Of a DNA stretch of 64,000 nt, positions 27,357 to 41,051 are shown piece by piece. The notes beneath the pieces were generated by a model. It worked only from the letters and a program-made list of their open reading frames with translations. It was not told the DNA's origin and did not search any database. A program made the translations under genes and the position numbers. Each line of letters starts with the position of its first letter. Positions within the stretch are counted from its first letter, which is position 1. Source of the stretch: Raillietiella orientalis (taxonomy: Eukaryota); the NCBI GenBank assembly GCA_036172245.1, contig JAYWIR010000037.1, positions 434,001 to 498,000 of the forward strand, in the 5' to 3' direction.

Positions 27357-30300
27357 CCAGCGATCCCCACGCTTCTCCGCCCAGCAGATCCGTTCCACTG
27401 CAAGAGGTTTCTGTGCATAATCCGAGTCAGCAGTGACTTTCTCTTACCCTCTCCAGCTTCCAGGGTTTCGAATCTTCCCGTCACTCCTTGAAAAAAAACT
27501 TTGACTGCCTTTATGCCGGTAGGTACGATCGTGCTGTAGATGGTTCTATTCTGCTTTAGCTACCCTGTTGCTAAAATTACCGAAATTGCTGTCTCATCTT
27601 TCTTGAGGAAACACAGTAACACTTGTAAGGAATTACTCGTGGTTTCCTTTCTTTACGCTTTTTGTTACATCACCCAAACAATAAATCCAATGAAGTTTCG
27701 TCATGAAGCACGTCAAGTGCAAGTGCATTACAAGTTAGTAAAGTTTGGTTACAGTTGCGACAAATTTGCGGCCAGTGTGTGTAGCATACTTATTAAATGA
27801 CACGTGTATTCGTTACCATATTCGTTCTCCATGGGTCTTAGAAAATTGGGGCGTGCACGGACAATAGCATGAAAGTATGTATTAAGGGGTTGCAACCCTC
27901 TCTTCGATCGGTTCTCAGATCTCTTCTGAACTACATAAGTACATTAAACAGCGTGTGTTTTCCTATTCACCAATAAATTAGACCTGCTGAAAAACATTTT
28001 CATTGCCTTTACTAGGAAAGGATCGAACACTGAGGTGCAGTGATTTACGGAGGTCTCTTGTTGGAATCAACAACCAAAGAGAAAATTACACATTTCAAAA
28101 AAAAGAAAAGAAAAAATGAAAAGGTTTGATGGCAGCTATTCAGGAAAGACATAAGCTGACATTCAGAACATGCTGTTCATTAGGATAAAAGAAAAGCCAA
28201 CGGCATTTGTAAGCTTGAAAAATTGCATAACTGTGTTCCCTGATGCAATTTGGTCGCCGAATGCTTACATGAAATAGCCTCCGGAAACAAATCCACGGTA
28301 TGAAACGTCGCCACCGCTCTCACCTTCGTCTCAAATGCCTGCATTCATGAAGTTAAATTGCAGATTTGTCTTAGATGTCACTTCAGATGCGTCAAGTCTG
28401 TACTGTGTGGCGAAAATCACATTCCCCTCAACTGATTACATTATTCCCTCGGATAATGTAACGCTTCTAAACAAATGGATAAATGAGCTTTTGTCGATTC
28501 TTCCCAAAGATGCGATGGAAAAGTGCTTGCGTTCATGGGGCTAAGCATCTTTGATATTTTAACATTCGTTTCGGTAATAAGGATGCTGATAAACTTCCTG
28601 GACGTGTGGTCCTGTTTCCAGAATTGTGTACCCATTGTGCGTACTTGGCTTGCAATGTCGCTCTCTCTTTGTACACCGTCTGACACCGATTGAGAATTGC
28701 GAGTAACGCAAGGAGTATGGACTTTTGAGATATAACTTTTTTTTTTTTTTTATTTTTTGTTTTTAATGGGGGAGTAGCAATTATGTTTGCAAAGCTTGTT
28801 TTGCTTCTAAAGCTAACGGACCTCGAATTAAAAGATTAAAGCTGTAAAGGTATGCCATATACATTGGAGAAATGAGAAAATTGTAAGTTACTTTTCATTT
28901 GGTTATAATGAAGACATATGACTGTGAATCCGAAATTCGAGGTTCTGCTTTCCCGTGCATTCTGTTTGCATGCAAAATTCGTGATCTTCTGTTGCAAACA
29001 TTCTGCTGAACCCCTACTGAAATAATTTGAAAAAACAACTGGAGCATTTTAAAGAGGAGATCTTCCATGAGGTTGTTCCTAAAAGCGTGGACATGCATGC
29101 AGTGCATTTGTTTTCTTTCCATTGTACGGGGGAAAAATAAATAAATAAATATATATATATATATATATAGATCATTTGCATTTTCATTGTGCAGTGTTGT
29201 CAAAATTGATGATGCACCAACGAGAGAGACATCCACCCAAAGAAGCTGAAGTTAATTTGGAACGCAGCACGTTCGTTGTTATCCTATGTATTGTACAAAT
29301 CACAGCACAAAACACGAAAATATAGAATTGCCTTGCAATTCACCTTTAGTTTATTTTCAGTTGGGTTTCCTAAATGGGCAAACAAAGATGGGAATTCCAA
29401 TAGAGCAAAGAAAAGATTTTAAACGCATCCAGGACGACTTATTTCTTCGAGGAAACCATGTGGCACCCATGCGCAGCCAAAGAGCTGCTGTGTCTCTGGT
29501 GGTGGAAATAAAGAAATTCCATCGCGTGTTGAAGTAGTAATCTTGGAAGAGTGAGCCAACCTTTCTATTCATTACGAGGCAAGATGAAAATCAAACAAAC
29601 CTGGAAGACACCACATCCGAAAATATCCTGTGTACTTCGAAATTCGAAATTGGGTTCTCCTCAAAAGAAAACTGTTTCTGTAATCATAAGTGTGAATATT
29701 CATCAAGAGACTGTGTTGTATTGAGTTGTACACCATTTCAAGCACGGATCTGTTAGTCCTAAATGAGGAGTGTGGGTGCTTGCTGATTTCACGAGACGAT
29801 TTCATATTCAGTGACATCCCTTGATCATTCATCATACTGACCTCTTTATCCCCACGGATGCCATATCGAACAGAGCACCACTTCTCCATCCGTATCATTC
29901 TTCGTGATTCAACGAAACGGACATCGCGCAGGAATTTTTTTTTCTAAGAGTGGCCATAATGGAGCACCTAATCTCCATTCTTCGCCATAAGTAAAAAGCA
30001 CAAGAGTTCCATGCCCACCAATGAACGTAATTAAACTAGAAAAGAAAAGAAAAATTCCTCCCACCCCTTTTTCCGGATATTCTTAAAGACAGTGGAACCG
30101 AATCGTCCACGGGAATAGTAGGTTTAATAACAAAGCAGATCAGAATTTTGCAAAAGCACGTGTCATCGTAGAAGAGTTCGCCAGTGATGTTCACTGTGCT
30201 GGAAGGTGATGGTTTCATGAAACAGATCCTTAGCCAGACTGATGATGCACCACGGACAATGACCCAGCCGTGATCTTTTAAATGACCGGAATCATGTACA

Positions 30301-31899
30301 CGTACTGACCTATGAAAGTATAAGTAGCGAATCGCTCCGCTCTTCCTCCTGAATCGATTCTGAATTCTTTGTTGCTTTTCAAGGATTTGGTGCCGGTGGT
30401 TTTTTTGTTCTTTCGAAATAGTTTCGTGAACCAACATCGAGGTCTGCGGTGTACATGCGGGATGCACCCAGGACATAAGTCCAAACGCGCCAGTGGCGAT
30501 TATAGCCTAGATGATGCCGAGGGGGTCGGACTCTCCTTGTTGTCCTCTGCCGAGTAACATGACGCAGACGTAATTCCAAGTCCCAGCTCCTCCCAAACTA
30601 ATGCGAAGACATCTTAACGCCGAAAAGATAACTTTGATATTGATTCGCGCGCTTTCAGCTAAAATATCTTCAACTGCTAAGCGCACGAATAGTCGAAGGA
30701 AATCTTAATATGATGATTACTTGAAAAACAGGAGCTGCTAACGAGCAATAGAACCCAGAAAAGAAGCTGGAGGCATTCTTTGAACATTTGCTTATTCCGA
30801 AGTGTTGCATATGAAATGCTGAAAAGCAGTATCCTCCAGAAAGTGCAAGGAATTTCTTAGAACATCGAGTTGCTTTGTTCGGGAATCATGAAACCATTTG
30901 ATTAGTACTGCCTCTATAGAAACGTCAGCGTCGGTCTCTCCAATAATCTATTAAGCCATTAATCACTGTGCCCTAACGCAAAAAAATATACAGATACTTT
31001 CTCGGCATATTCGATTTATTAACATGGCTGCCGACTGATAATTCTGTTCGAAAATACCTTGTGACCGTGAGGGTTTGTAGCATTTGGTAAAAATAAAGCT
31101 GATGCCTTGTACATTTGATGAAGATTCACGCCGATGCTCCATACGTTTTGCAAATGGCAAACTCCATTTGCAATCAGATAAGTGTTTAGAAAGCATTTTA
31201 TCAATTATCGATAGCATTCATGCCGTGACAAGAAGCGTGGATTCATTCAAGGATACAGTTTGAAACGATGAACGATCCATTTCCATTTCTATAGGTAAGG
31301 TAGTGGTCGTTTTCATGAGGGTATGTATTTTATATACGTGTTGCAAAATCGGTCCCAGATGGGACTTTGATGGTAGATGTTTTCAGAAGAGTCTTCAGGG
31401 TTCTCAGAAACTCAGAAAGGAAAAATGGTACCGATATGCGAATGGGATTCTTTGCGAAGCCTTGGGATGATGGCGCTTCGTGGAACGGGAAGAAGGAATG
31501 CATAACTACTCTTTCTTTCTGTCTGTGGGAATTCCGAATAGTGAAAACATCTTATGAGACTTTCATCAGCTTTGCATTACCAACCCGTCTTTGGAGCAAG
31601 CACCCCCTCAGCTGCCTGCCGCTACGAGGACCTCTCTTGCGTATGCGTGAGCACTTGGAACAGGAGTCAAGATTGGCTTGATTTGGGCAAAAGTTTGCTG
31701 GATCGTGTCCTTCTACGAGCAATTCTTTTCCTCCAAAGTTCCCGCTTTAGTGCCTTCTCCCATCGCTTTCAAGTACATGCATGGAGGTAGGAACGCGTTG
31801 GTTCCCCTGCTTTCCAGCGTCTCTGCCGCGCTCTCACTGCACTGTTCCAGGCTCGAATTCCTTGCTTCCAATCTGGATTCCAGTGTCGCAAGTTTCCTC

Positions 31900-33700
31900 C
31901 TTTGCGTTCGCTCAACAGTAATGATCTAGCATTTACGAATCACTCAGCAAATAGCTTTGTTTGCTTCCCCGCGGCCGCGCTTTTACTCGAAAAGGCCGAA
32001 ATTCGTTGCAAACATCGGCCACCTTTCATTCCGACAGGCTCTAAAAGACGCCTCAAGTTTTTCCTTCCCTTGTCGAGCGTCCGCATCCTTATGGAGTTCG
32101 TTTCCACGTGAAGTGGGGCAAAGGGAATTTCATCTGATGGAAGCTCATGAAATCCGTCGCTCAAGGCTAATGATAAAAAATAAATATACCATGACACTTT
32201 GGCATACCACGGAGACACTTTGAGTCCTGGGTTCGGGAGAATTGGACTGAGATTCCACTGCGGCGACGACCGTATCTTTATTCTGAATGATGAGTAGTTT
32301 TCATTGACTCTCAAAAAAATGGAATAAGATAAAATAGATCATTCTCGAAAGTGGAGTTCTGAAAACTCGGTTGTCAATCCGGAAATCCCTACTAGCAAAG
32401 ATCATACCCGACCATGCATATGCACGATCTATCTGTGTGTTTCATCCTGCTACTCCCCTGGTTTGAATCCATCAAGATTGACAAGATTCCGATGGAGGAT
32501 CCAGTTCTTCGGTGAGATTTCTGTTCAAGGCGTAGAGCCATTTTACTTTGCATGTCGGAGCACACGTGCAAACTTCGAGACAGCGGTTAAATAGAAGTTC
32601 AGTACGTACAAAATCATTCACAGCAGTCATTTTCGGGAAATCATCATTGACGGTCTTTGTGCCATCGCTTCCTCGAGAAAAAGAAAAATGTTGGAATTTG
32701 CAGGACACGAACGAAAACCTCTGGGAGGCTGTACAGAACCCACATGGAAAGAGACGCTAAAAATTCTGTATTCTTTTTGCGATGATAACCGACAAACAGG
32801 AAAAATCACATCCAGAAAAACGAATCTTCGCATTCGGTTCATACATTTACGTGAATTCCGACACGAAAGAAACGCACGAAGAAAAGGAAGGACACTGATG
32901 GTAAAGGCGTTAGCAGGGCTACATTGAAAATGCTGCAGCTCAAGACAGATCCGATGCTGCTGGCTGTTAGAAGCCACTTCCCAAGGAACTGCAGTAAAAT
33001 TATCAAAGAAAATGAAGCCAAGACTCTCAGAGTCTCTCAGAGGTGGTTCACAAATGCAGGAGAACCTGGAAGAATCGACGGTTTTAATCCAGAGAGGATG
33101 TGGTGTTGATGAAGGTCGATGCTACCTGTTCCTCGAAACAGATACCAGTCTTATAAAAGGGAACGAAAATGCCAATGGAAAATGAGAAACTATGGAAGGA
33201 TTGAAGGAAACGTCTTGATGTTATTGCTACGGCTGCAATAGGAAAGACGGTAAAGCCCTTCGCGTTATTCTAAATGTGACAGCTAGTAAATCAACAAAGT
33301 TGAAAAACTGACCATTCTCCTGAAGTCTGGTTTGCAAAAGTGCTTGCCAGCTAGGGAACTTTGCACTCTTAAATGAGAACGAAGTAGAAGATCTTAATGG
33401 CAATTTGGATGCACATCCAGGCATGCCGGTGCATGAGCTAAATTCCCACCATCCCACGCAATGGACGTAAAGGATCTAATCGAAAATTGCAGAGATTACC
33501 ACAAACGGTTTCCCTCATACCAGTTCTGATGCAGTGTTGCATCTCCTAGAAATAACCGATACTTTCGGATGCAGTCTCCCGGATCGCACGCTACGAAGTA
33601 CGATCATTCCATGTTCCAGAAAAAGGAGGACTTCGGTTGGCAAAAGTTAGATCGTGAGGATGCAATCGGTCATTCGAATCTCGTGATGACGGTCTGGCGT
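31900..33700 (-). mobile_element. Highly decayed non-LTR retrotransposon remnant (APE endonuclease + RT type); boundaries approximate
   Basis: Motif relics appear in the correct order on the minus strand: YRLFLGDATLHQNW (~33550, resembles endonuclease LGDFNAH..W), LFNRCLEVCTCAPTCK (~32570, RT domain 0), GFKPG (~32460, domain 2) and RVNENYSSFRIKIRSSPQWNLSPILPN (~32270, resembles GVPQGSVLSPILFN). No intact ORF. Confidence 0.5.
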
Positions 33701-34947
33701 GATTTCGACAAACGTGCATTGACAATTCAGCTGCTCTGTTGATTTTGAATTCCGAGAGAGGATGGTGGCACGACTGCCATTGCAGATGAAATTGCTGAAT
33801 CCGATTGAGAAAGTGAAGCAGAAGATGTGGCAGTTAAACGGGTAGTTCCAAGAAACTGGGGATTTTGCAGGAGGTTAAGGAAACTCTCAATAATGGGGAG
33901 TGGGGGGGGGGGGGGAGAGAACTCAGAAATACTGGATCTGCAATTGCGAAAATTATTCCTATTCTCTAAAGCATAAAGGATACGAGCGGACGTTTTCTAT
34001 GGAATGGAAACTATGCGTGTGCAATGCATTGGTAAAATCCCGTCCTGCGCCCGAGTTCCAACGATAGTCCATACAATGCAAGCATGACTGTCTTTCAGTA
34101 ACTAGAAAGAGGCTGGAGCGTTAAATGGAGCAGCAGGAAATGAAAAGAAGCAGAGTTTAAGGGGAAGAAACTGGAGTTTCGCTTTTCGGAAAAAGCATTC
34201 CATTCTTGCATCCTCTGTCTGGCCTACTCAGGCTGCTGATACTCCCGGAGAGGTCACCTCATAAAACTTTCTGATTTCGGTGTCAAATTTCCCAAAGAGA
34301 GGCCTTTGACACTTTTATGAACTTCTACTAAAAAGGACACATTCTATTCACTTTCACCCGCAGAGGCACTCCATAAATTACTCGGGGCATTTGGAATAAG
34401 TAGATTTAAAGCCTCCCAGAATCAAAACATGATTCTAAGAAAAAAATGGAAATTAAAAAAACCACTTAAATCAGACACTGCAGAGATCTTAGCAACAGTT
34501 ATTATGTTCAGCATGAGAAACCTCATTCTGCATGGTGGTGGGTTAAACATAGCTTCCGAAGGTTCTGAATACGACAAGAACTTCAGAGAGGATTAGAAGA
34601 TCACTGGTTTGATGCGGCATCGGGGTAACCTGATCACAAGTTGAGCTATGACAAAAAAGAAAAAGAAGGTGATACCTACGTGAAGAACAAGCATTGTAAA
34701 TTGTGTGGACATAGCTTCTGATCGTTTTCGTTTTCGTTACGGTAGCAACTGATATTTCTGACTGGCAACAAGAAAACCGAGATTTTTCTTATATTCTTCG
34801 TCTCACACAAAGGTTATCAGGAGACAAGGTTTCCTAGACAAGGTAACCTAGGTTTCAGACATTTCAACCTAGAAAATCGAGTGTAGCGGAATTTGTTTGG
34901 AAGCATGTTTCTCGTTAAAAATCTTAGCATCTTCATTCCCTTATTAA

Positions 34948-35388
34948 CCCTTTGAGTGCTATGGACGCATACGTGCCTCTGGCAAATATGTTTTTACTTT
35001 TATACGAGTTAACACTGTCAATGTTTGAGATGGACATTCTCATCATCCCCCTGGCAACGACAGTAAACAAAATTCTGCTTGTCTGTCGGCCAACGATTCT
35101 CGGTTTCTCTCGGTTTTCGTACAGAATTTCTTATACCGTTTTTCATCTTTGTGATATCTTGAAAATGTGAATGGATCAACATTTTTCAAATAAATAATGA
35201 TGCATGTTTGGGGAAAATGAAAACGTTTCATTTAATGTGGTGTTAAATAAAAACAATTACGATATTGACTTTAATCTGCACTCTATGTAGTCAGTCGACA
35301 GAGCACGTGGTACGTGAAGAAGCGTTCCGTCCACTCGCGTGCCGTCAACACGGAATTCTTCAACCGGATGGGCTCCACACCCAAAGGG
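34948..35388. mobile_element. Non-autonomous piggyBac-type MITE (441 bp)
   Basis: TTAA on both sides (34944-47 and 35389-92). Terminal inverted repeats CCCTTTGAGTG ... CACCCAAAGGG. Internal sequence 35009-35180 is nearly identical to 63829-64000. Confidence 0.88.
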
Positions 35389-38300
35389 TTAAGAACAAAT
35401 GAGATCACTGGCACATTTACTGTTGGTACACGTGTCATTTGACTAAGTTTGGTAGAGACAGATCATTTTGTAGTCATTAGGATGAGTATCTTTGTTAGAA
35501 CCACATGTTGATTGTAGAATATCAAGCAGCAATGAAATCAAATTAAGTCCGAATCTAAAAGGTAAATTAATGAACATTCAGAGTATTGAGCTGCACCAAA
35601 AAGGTCGAGACATCGGATCACATGCGGTTAATCATTCGTTCGTCCGGATTTGAAATGAAATCCAACTCTCTATAAAGATGAGTTCCCTCCCCTCCCCCTC
35701 CATTATTTTCATAAAAAAGTGATCTTATCTAAACAAAACAAAACAAAACAAAAACAATGAGGGGCAGTTGCGCTGAATGCCTGTTGCATCCGTTTATGGT
35801 GTATTTGTGTATTTTCGGCAAACTCTGGCGAATCACAAATTTCGAAAGATCAGAATAGAATCCATTCTGCAGTGGCATAGTGGAAACCTGGAAAGTGATC
35901 TGTTTTAGCATCAACCTCATATTTGGAGGGGGGATGAGCTTCCTGCGATTAAAAGTTCAGCCCCAGATATTGAAATGTGTCATGTGAAAAAGCATGCAAC
36001 ACTGATTGCATCCGCATAAAGAAAACTGATAATCTGAAACTGCAAACACGCACACTTAGAATAGTGATCCATTAAAAGCGTTATGTGTTTTTTTTATAAA
36101 TCATGGAATGCTAGGACTCATTTCATAATGCTGCTGCTGTCTGCATAATAAACTATCGGATTGTAAGAAACGTTACCGGTAAAGCACTGAGAACTCCGCT
36201 CGCATTTTCTCAAGAGTGAAAGATTAGATGGCGAACTTTATTGATCTTAATAAAGTTATGAAAATACGAATGGCGGCGAAATGTACAAGTGAGAAAAACA
36301 CTCCCGAATAAAAAAAAAATTGCTTTCTTAGTGTCAGATCCGTGATCATGCACTTTGCATTTGCTACGAAACATATTTTACAGGCTCGGCCATCAGTTAT
36401 TTAGAGAGCATCAGCAATGCAGTTTGCGGTTAGATGAATAAGCAGGATGAACGCTCTTTTTTTTTTTTTTTTTTTTGAGAAAAACGACATTGATATGAAA
36501 GACGCAATTTTATTCGTAATTCAACTCATTTTGTATTAGAGCGAGGATATCAAGCCTTCCAAAGGAAAAAGGGGAAAAAATCATGCCAAACATCAACTGT
36601 CCTCAAACAAGACGGAGGGAAACGTTTGACCAGTGTGATACCCTTAAACACACATATCGAAAGTAATCTTCACATGCCAGAAGAGAAGCATAAATAATAT
36701 AATAAAGATGAGTTGCAGTAAGGCATTTAATAGCTGAGTTTCGTAGCCAGATTCACACTGACTCTAGTGATATTTCAAGAAAATCACTGTGATGTCAGTG
36801 CGTGGACAGATTAGTCTCAATATGCCAAGGATAGATTCAGTGGAGAAAGAGCAGCAAGGCAGCACAGATTTCATTGTCGAATTACTCACTACCTGTGATG
36901 AATTCTCTGGCTCAATCCGAATCAGCTGATATCAGCAAACACAAAATATTCACCAAAAAAAAAAAAAATACTGTGAACCAGAAACGAACGTTCACTTTCA
37001 TGTTGCTGTCGCCAAATTCTTTATTTTCCAGACTTTAAAGAAATAGTTGAACGCATACTACAATCAAGATATATCAGCTGATGATTTCAGTCTCTTTTCC
37101 TTGTAACAGGTTTCAAGCGTATAAACCTACGAGCAAAGTTGACACTTTGGGATGACACTCCACCTTTGGGGAGAGCTGTAAATTTAGTGATAATGATAAT
37201 ATTTAAACTGTTGATAAATGAAAGATTTCATATCGTGTCTTTCATTACTGATTTATGGAGCTGGCTTTAAAGAAGAAAGCATTATGTATACTTATGCACT
37301 TACATGCATGCATACGCACTCACGCATATACACATACACAAATAGGATCTAATGTAAGTATCCTGTGAACATTACGATCTGGTCTATATTTGAATCCTCT
37401 ATCCTTTGATTTCTTTTTCTTTTTTTTTTTTTTCAACTGAGGAAGCGCTAACCAAGATATCAAGTCTTCTTCCGATGAAAGAGGGTACTGAAGCTTTTAT
37501 TTTTCATTTCCTCTGTTCCTGTTGCTGCTTACTTCTCAGCATTACTAGGACATATCTAGAAGCCACCGGAACTGAAAGTACAGTAACACAACTTGAAAAA
37601 CATTCACAAGCAAAGCTTTCAGCCACAAACAGACAAGAGCCTAATCAACTACTGTTTTCCTAAAACTAAGCAGAGCATGTACTCCGCACTTAGTTCCAAT
37701 TTGTCTTTTCAAAAAGCGGGGAGATTATTCCATCGCTACGAGAGAAAAAAAACATCTTTTCTCATTTCGCTTGGTAAATGCTACTTGGACGGTTCTTCCA
37801 GTAATACCCAAAAGTACATTGTCCAATGTGTCATGCTCTGGTTATTTACAATCACGCATCAGAATTCTGTCTGCTGCAAATTATCCCATTTTTCCACATT
37901 GCGATACATCTGTGCAGACAAGGTGGGAACCATGATTTGTGTGAAAGATCAGTTTCTGTTTTTTTTTATGCATCAAGTTATTTTTTCTTCCCTGAAATAC
38001 TTTTTGAAGAAATCGAGCTTGTACTCGAGACAAGATAGTATATGCAAATTATATTCCAAACCTAAGGCAATATGGTTGAAATGCATTCGTACTGCAATAT
38101 GTATGTTAATTTTCGTTCTCGTCTTCCCACTAATATCTGTTTAACATTATTTGAAATATATATATGTTGATATGGTAGAATGATTTCGATTAATAGAGAA
38201 CAAATGCAGCTCTCACTGGAAATTATTTATCAAAAATGTTATAGAATTATATTAATGATGCATGATTCGATAGATACTTACACAATCTTTACTTGGGATG

Positions 38301-41051
38301 TGCCCTCGGTGCTCTCAGTCAGCAAAAAATCTTTGCAACTCCTTCAGCAGGCTTAACGTAAATACACTGTTACTTTCTTAGATCCTTGAATTCTTACGTG
38401 TACTTTATCTCCATGTTGCTGATTTCAAGCAATCATTGAATTTGTCATCGTCTGATTTCAAAACAATCACAAATTCAAAAGCCACTCTCATACAGATCTG
38501 AATTATGCCACCTTTAGCCTTCCTGTTTTTCTTCGAAATCATTATGAAATGTACCCATCTTCATTTCTTGGAAATCATTTTATTTTCATAATTCCGCGTT
38601 AAGCGCAGATTTACGGCGTCAATGAATAATTATTCATCCACCAAGAGGCACCATTTCTGACGAAACTATCAACTTTGGGAAGCCTGTAGGCCTGAAGTGG
38701 ATTACCATGGATACGTGATTATAATGGAAAAGTCAAGCATGTGCACGTTTCCTTTGAGACTGCGCATGCTTCGAGAGGAGGCTACTTTTCAAACTTGTAT
38801 GCCAAAGAGGAAGTAAAAATGAATTGAAACTTCAAACACGCACGTTTTGATTTTTTTGAAGAACAAAATTCACGAAATCCTCACTGTCCATTACCTTATA
38901 AGATCTGGAATCCTTTAATATCTTTAGTCAGAAAATGCTGCCGAAATGAGAATAGCATTTCTTTCAAACTTGAGTTTCGTGGTAGAATGCAGAAGGACAG
39001 AGCTCAGAAATACTTGTACATCTAAAATATGTGTGACGTATTGGAAAGAAAACTGAGCATTAAAACAGTTGAAATAAATTATTTCATTCAAAAACTCTTT
39101 GGCCAAAGCTATCATTTGCTGTGGATTGAAAGAAATGAAATATAAACAAGAACTAGAATCTGATAAATATCTTGTCGACATTAGTAAACGACAACTTCAT
39201 TAACTGAACCTAATGTTAAGGGGTAGGTAACTTGTAAAGAAACATCTTAAAAATGATGTATATCCTGAAAATGAAATTCCAGGAAAAGAACACAAGCCAG
39301 AAATCTTATTAGAAAAAACTTGCACATATTCTTAATTCTCATGCCTTACGAAATCAAAACCTGCTGTTCTAGTTTGTTGTTCGGTAACGAGACAGCTGAA
39401 TGATTCTCCATGATTTTCAAAATTGATTTTCTGCAATGCTTGCAGGAGTAGAATGAATTCTATGTACATTCCAAATAACTGTTAAAAATAGTTTTAACCC
39501 ACCATGTTTGCAATAGTTTCTCAGAACCCAACTATACAGAAGCAAGAAAGACATGCATTTTGAAGCGTTTGTTGTTGAATACAATCTTGATATGCATGAA
39601 AAAAAATTATTTGCAATAATTTCATTCTTTGTAGATGAGTGAATATATTCTCTATGGTGTCACCGTTTCAACTTTTAAAGGCTAATTTGTTGGTTCCGCT
39701 AAAGTTTAAAATAGATTCCACATATTCTGAAATTGCAATTACCTGAGTATAAAGAGCTAAGATTGTTCCTTGTTGATGTTTCAGTCTCATCCTAGTAGTC
39801 CACGCTTGCTTTCTCAGGTATGTTTTTAAAGTAAACATTTTTAGTATCTCGCATTGTTTTTTCACATCCATTTAGAATTATGATCATTTCTCATTCTATC
39901 TGATTTGGCAAATGTTCATTTTATGTTTAGTATCAAAAATAAGTCTCTTTAAATTCAATGAAATGATTAGTTGAACGAAATGATCTTCGTATGAAAGATC
40001 AAGATTTTCAACGTTCGCAGCTGAAAAGCTATTCTACTGAAGGTTTGCTAGAAATGTACAAGAATCGAAGACTCAGGAAATGCTTCAAGTAATCTATAGC
40101 CCGAATGAATATTTCTTTTTCTTATTTCTGATTCTTTTCTCTCAATTAGCATTGAAAAACTATAAGGCGGTTATCCTTTGTTCTCAGGGTTTTAAATATC
40201 TGGTTTCTTTGAGATATATTGTATCAGAGCTCTTATTCGAAATTCAGTCTTTATTCGTTTGGCCAGAAGTGGATCTTGTTTTGACTTTTAGCACTATGAT
40301 CTTGTTCTTTGTTACAACAGATGTCTGTAACTGTCATAGCTGTTATCTGATGTCTAGATTTATGAGCGAGAAATAATTGACAGATCATTATTATTAAAAT
40401 TTGAAAACTGAGGTATCAATTTTCATCACGTTTATCTATTGGTAGCTATAAAGTGATTTGTTTATATGCTTCAGAGTTTGCATCCTGATTTATTGTTGAT
40501 CATTCCGCCAAATGAACCACTGGCTGTCTAATCGATTCTAAAGATTTAATGAAAACATCTCCTTTATATTAAGTAATTTTTCATCACACATTTCTGAAAT
40601 CATGGAACATTAGTTTTCAAGTATCTGTTCAAAATTGTTGAAAGGTGAACTTGGTTCTGAAGTTATAACCCTTTTTGAGCGCGAAAAATTTGTATGCGGC
40701 TGAAGGTAATGTAAATGAACATGGGAGCTTCTTGTAAACTTACGAACTACCGTTGATAAATATATGAATTCTTGATTGCTTTCAAACTCTCATCATTCTT
40801 CATGCATGCAGCGAATGCAAAAATATGTGATTTGCAATTTATTTGCATTTCTCAGTTTAGAGATGCATGTTCATTCATTGAGGCTTAGACAATAAAATGC
40901 GAAATGATGAAACCGACAAAAGTTGTATTTCGAATATTAGGGGTTTGACCTTAACTACCTGGCCAAATCAAATCATCATATCTCTGTAAAGTGTTATGGT
41001 GTTATAATGTCCGTAGAATCCCATCTTGTCTAATGTTTACATTTTGCTTCT

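Noticed and set aside
9700..41000. The many 60-180 aa ORFs in the ORF track
   Set aside because: Low-complexity translations of homopolymers and microsatellites (poly-K/F, HT repeats), with no recognisable domains or consistent splice chain.
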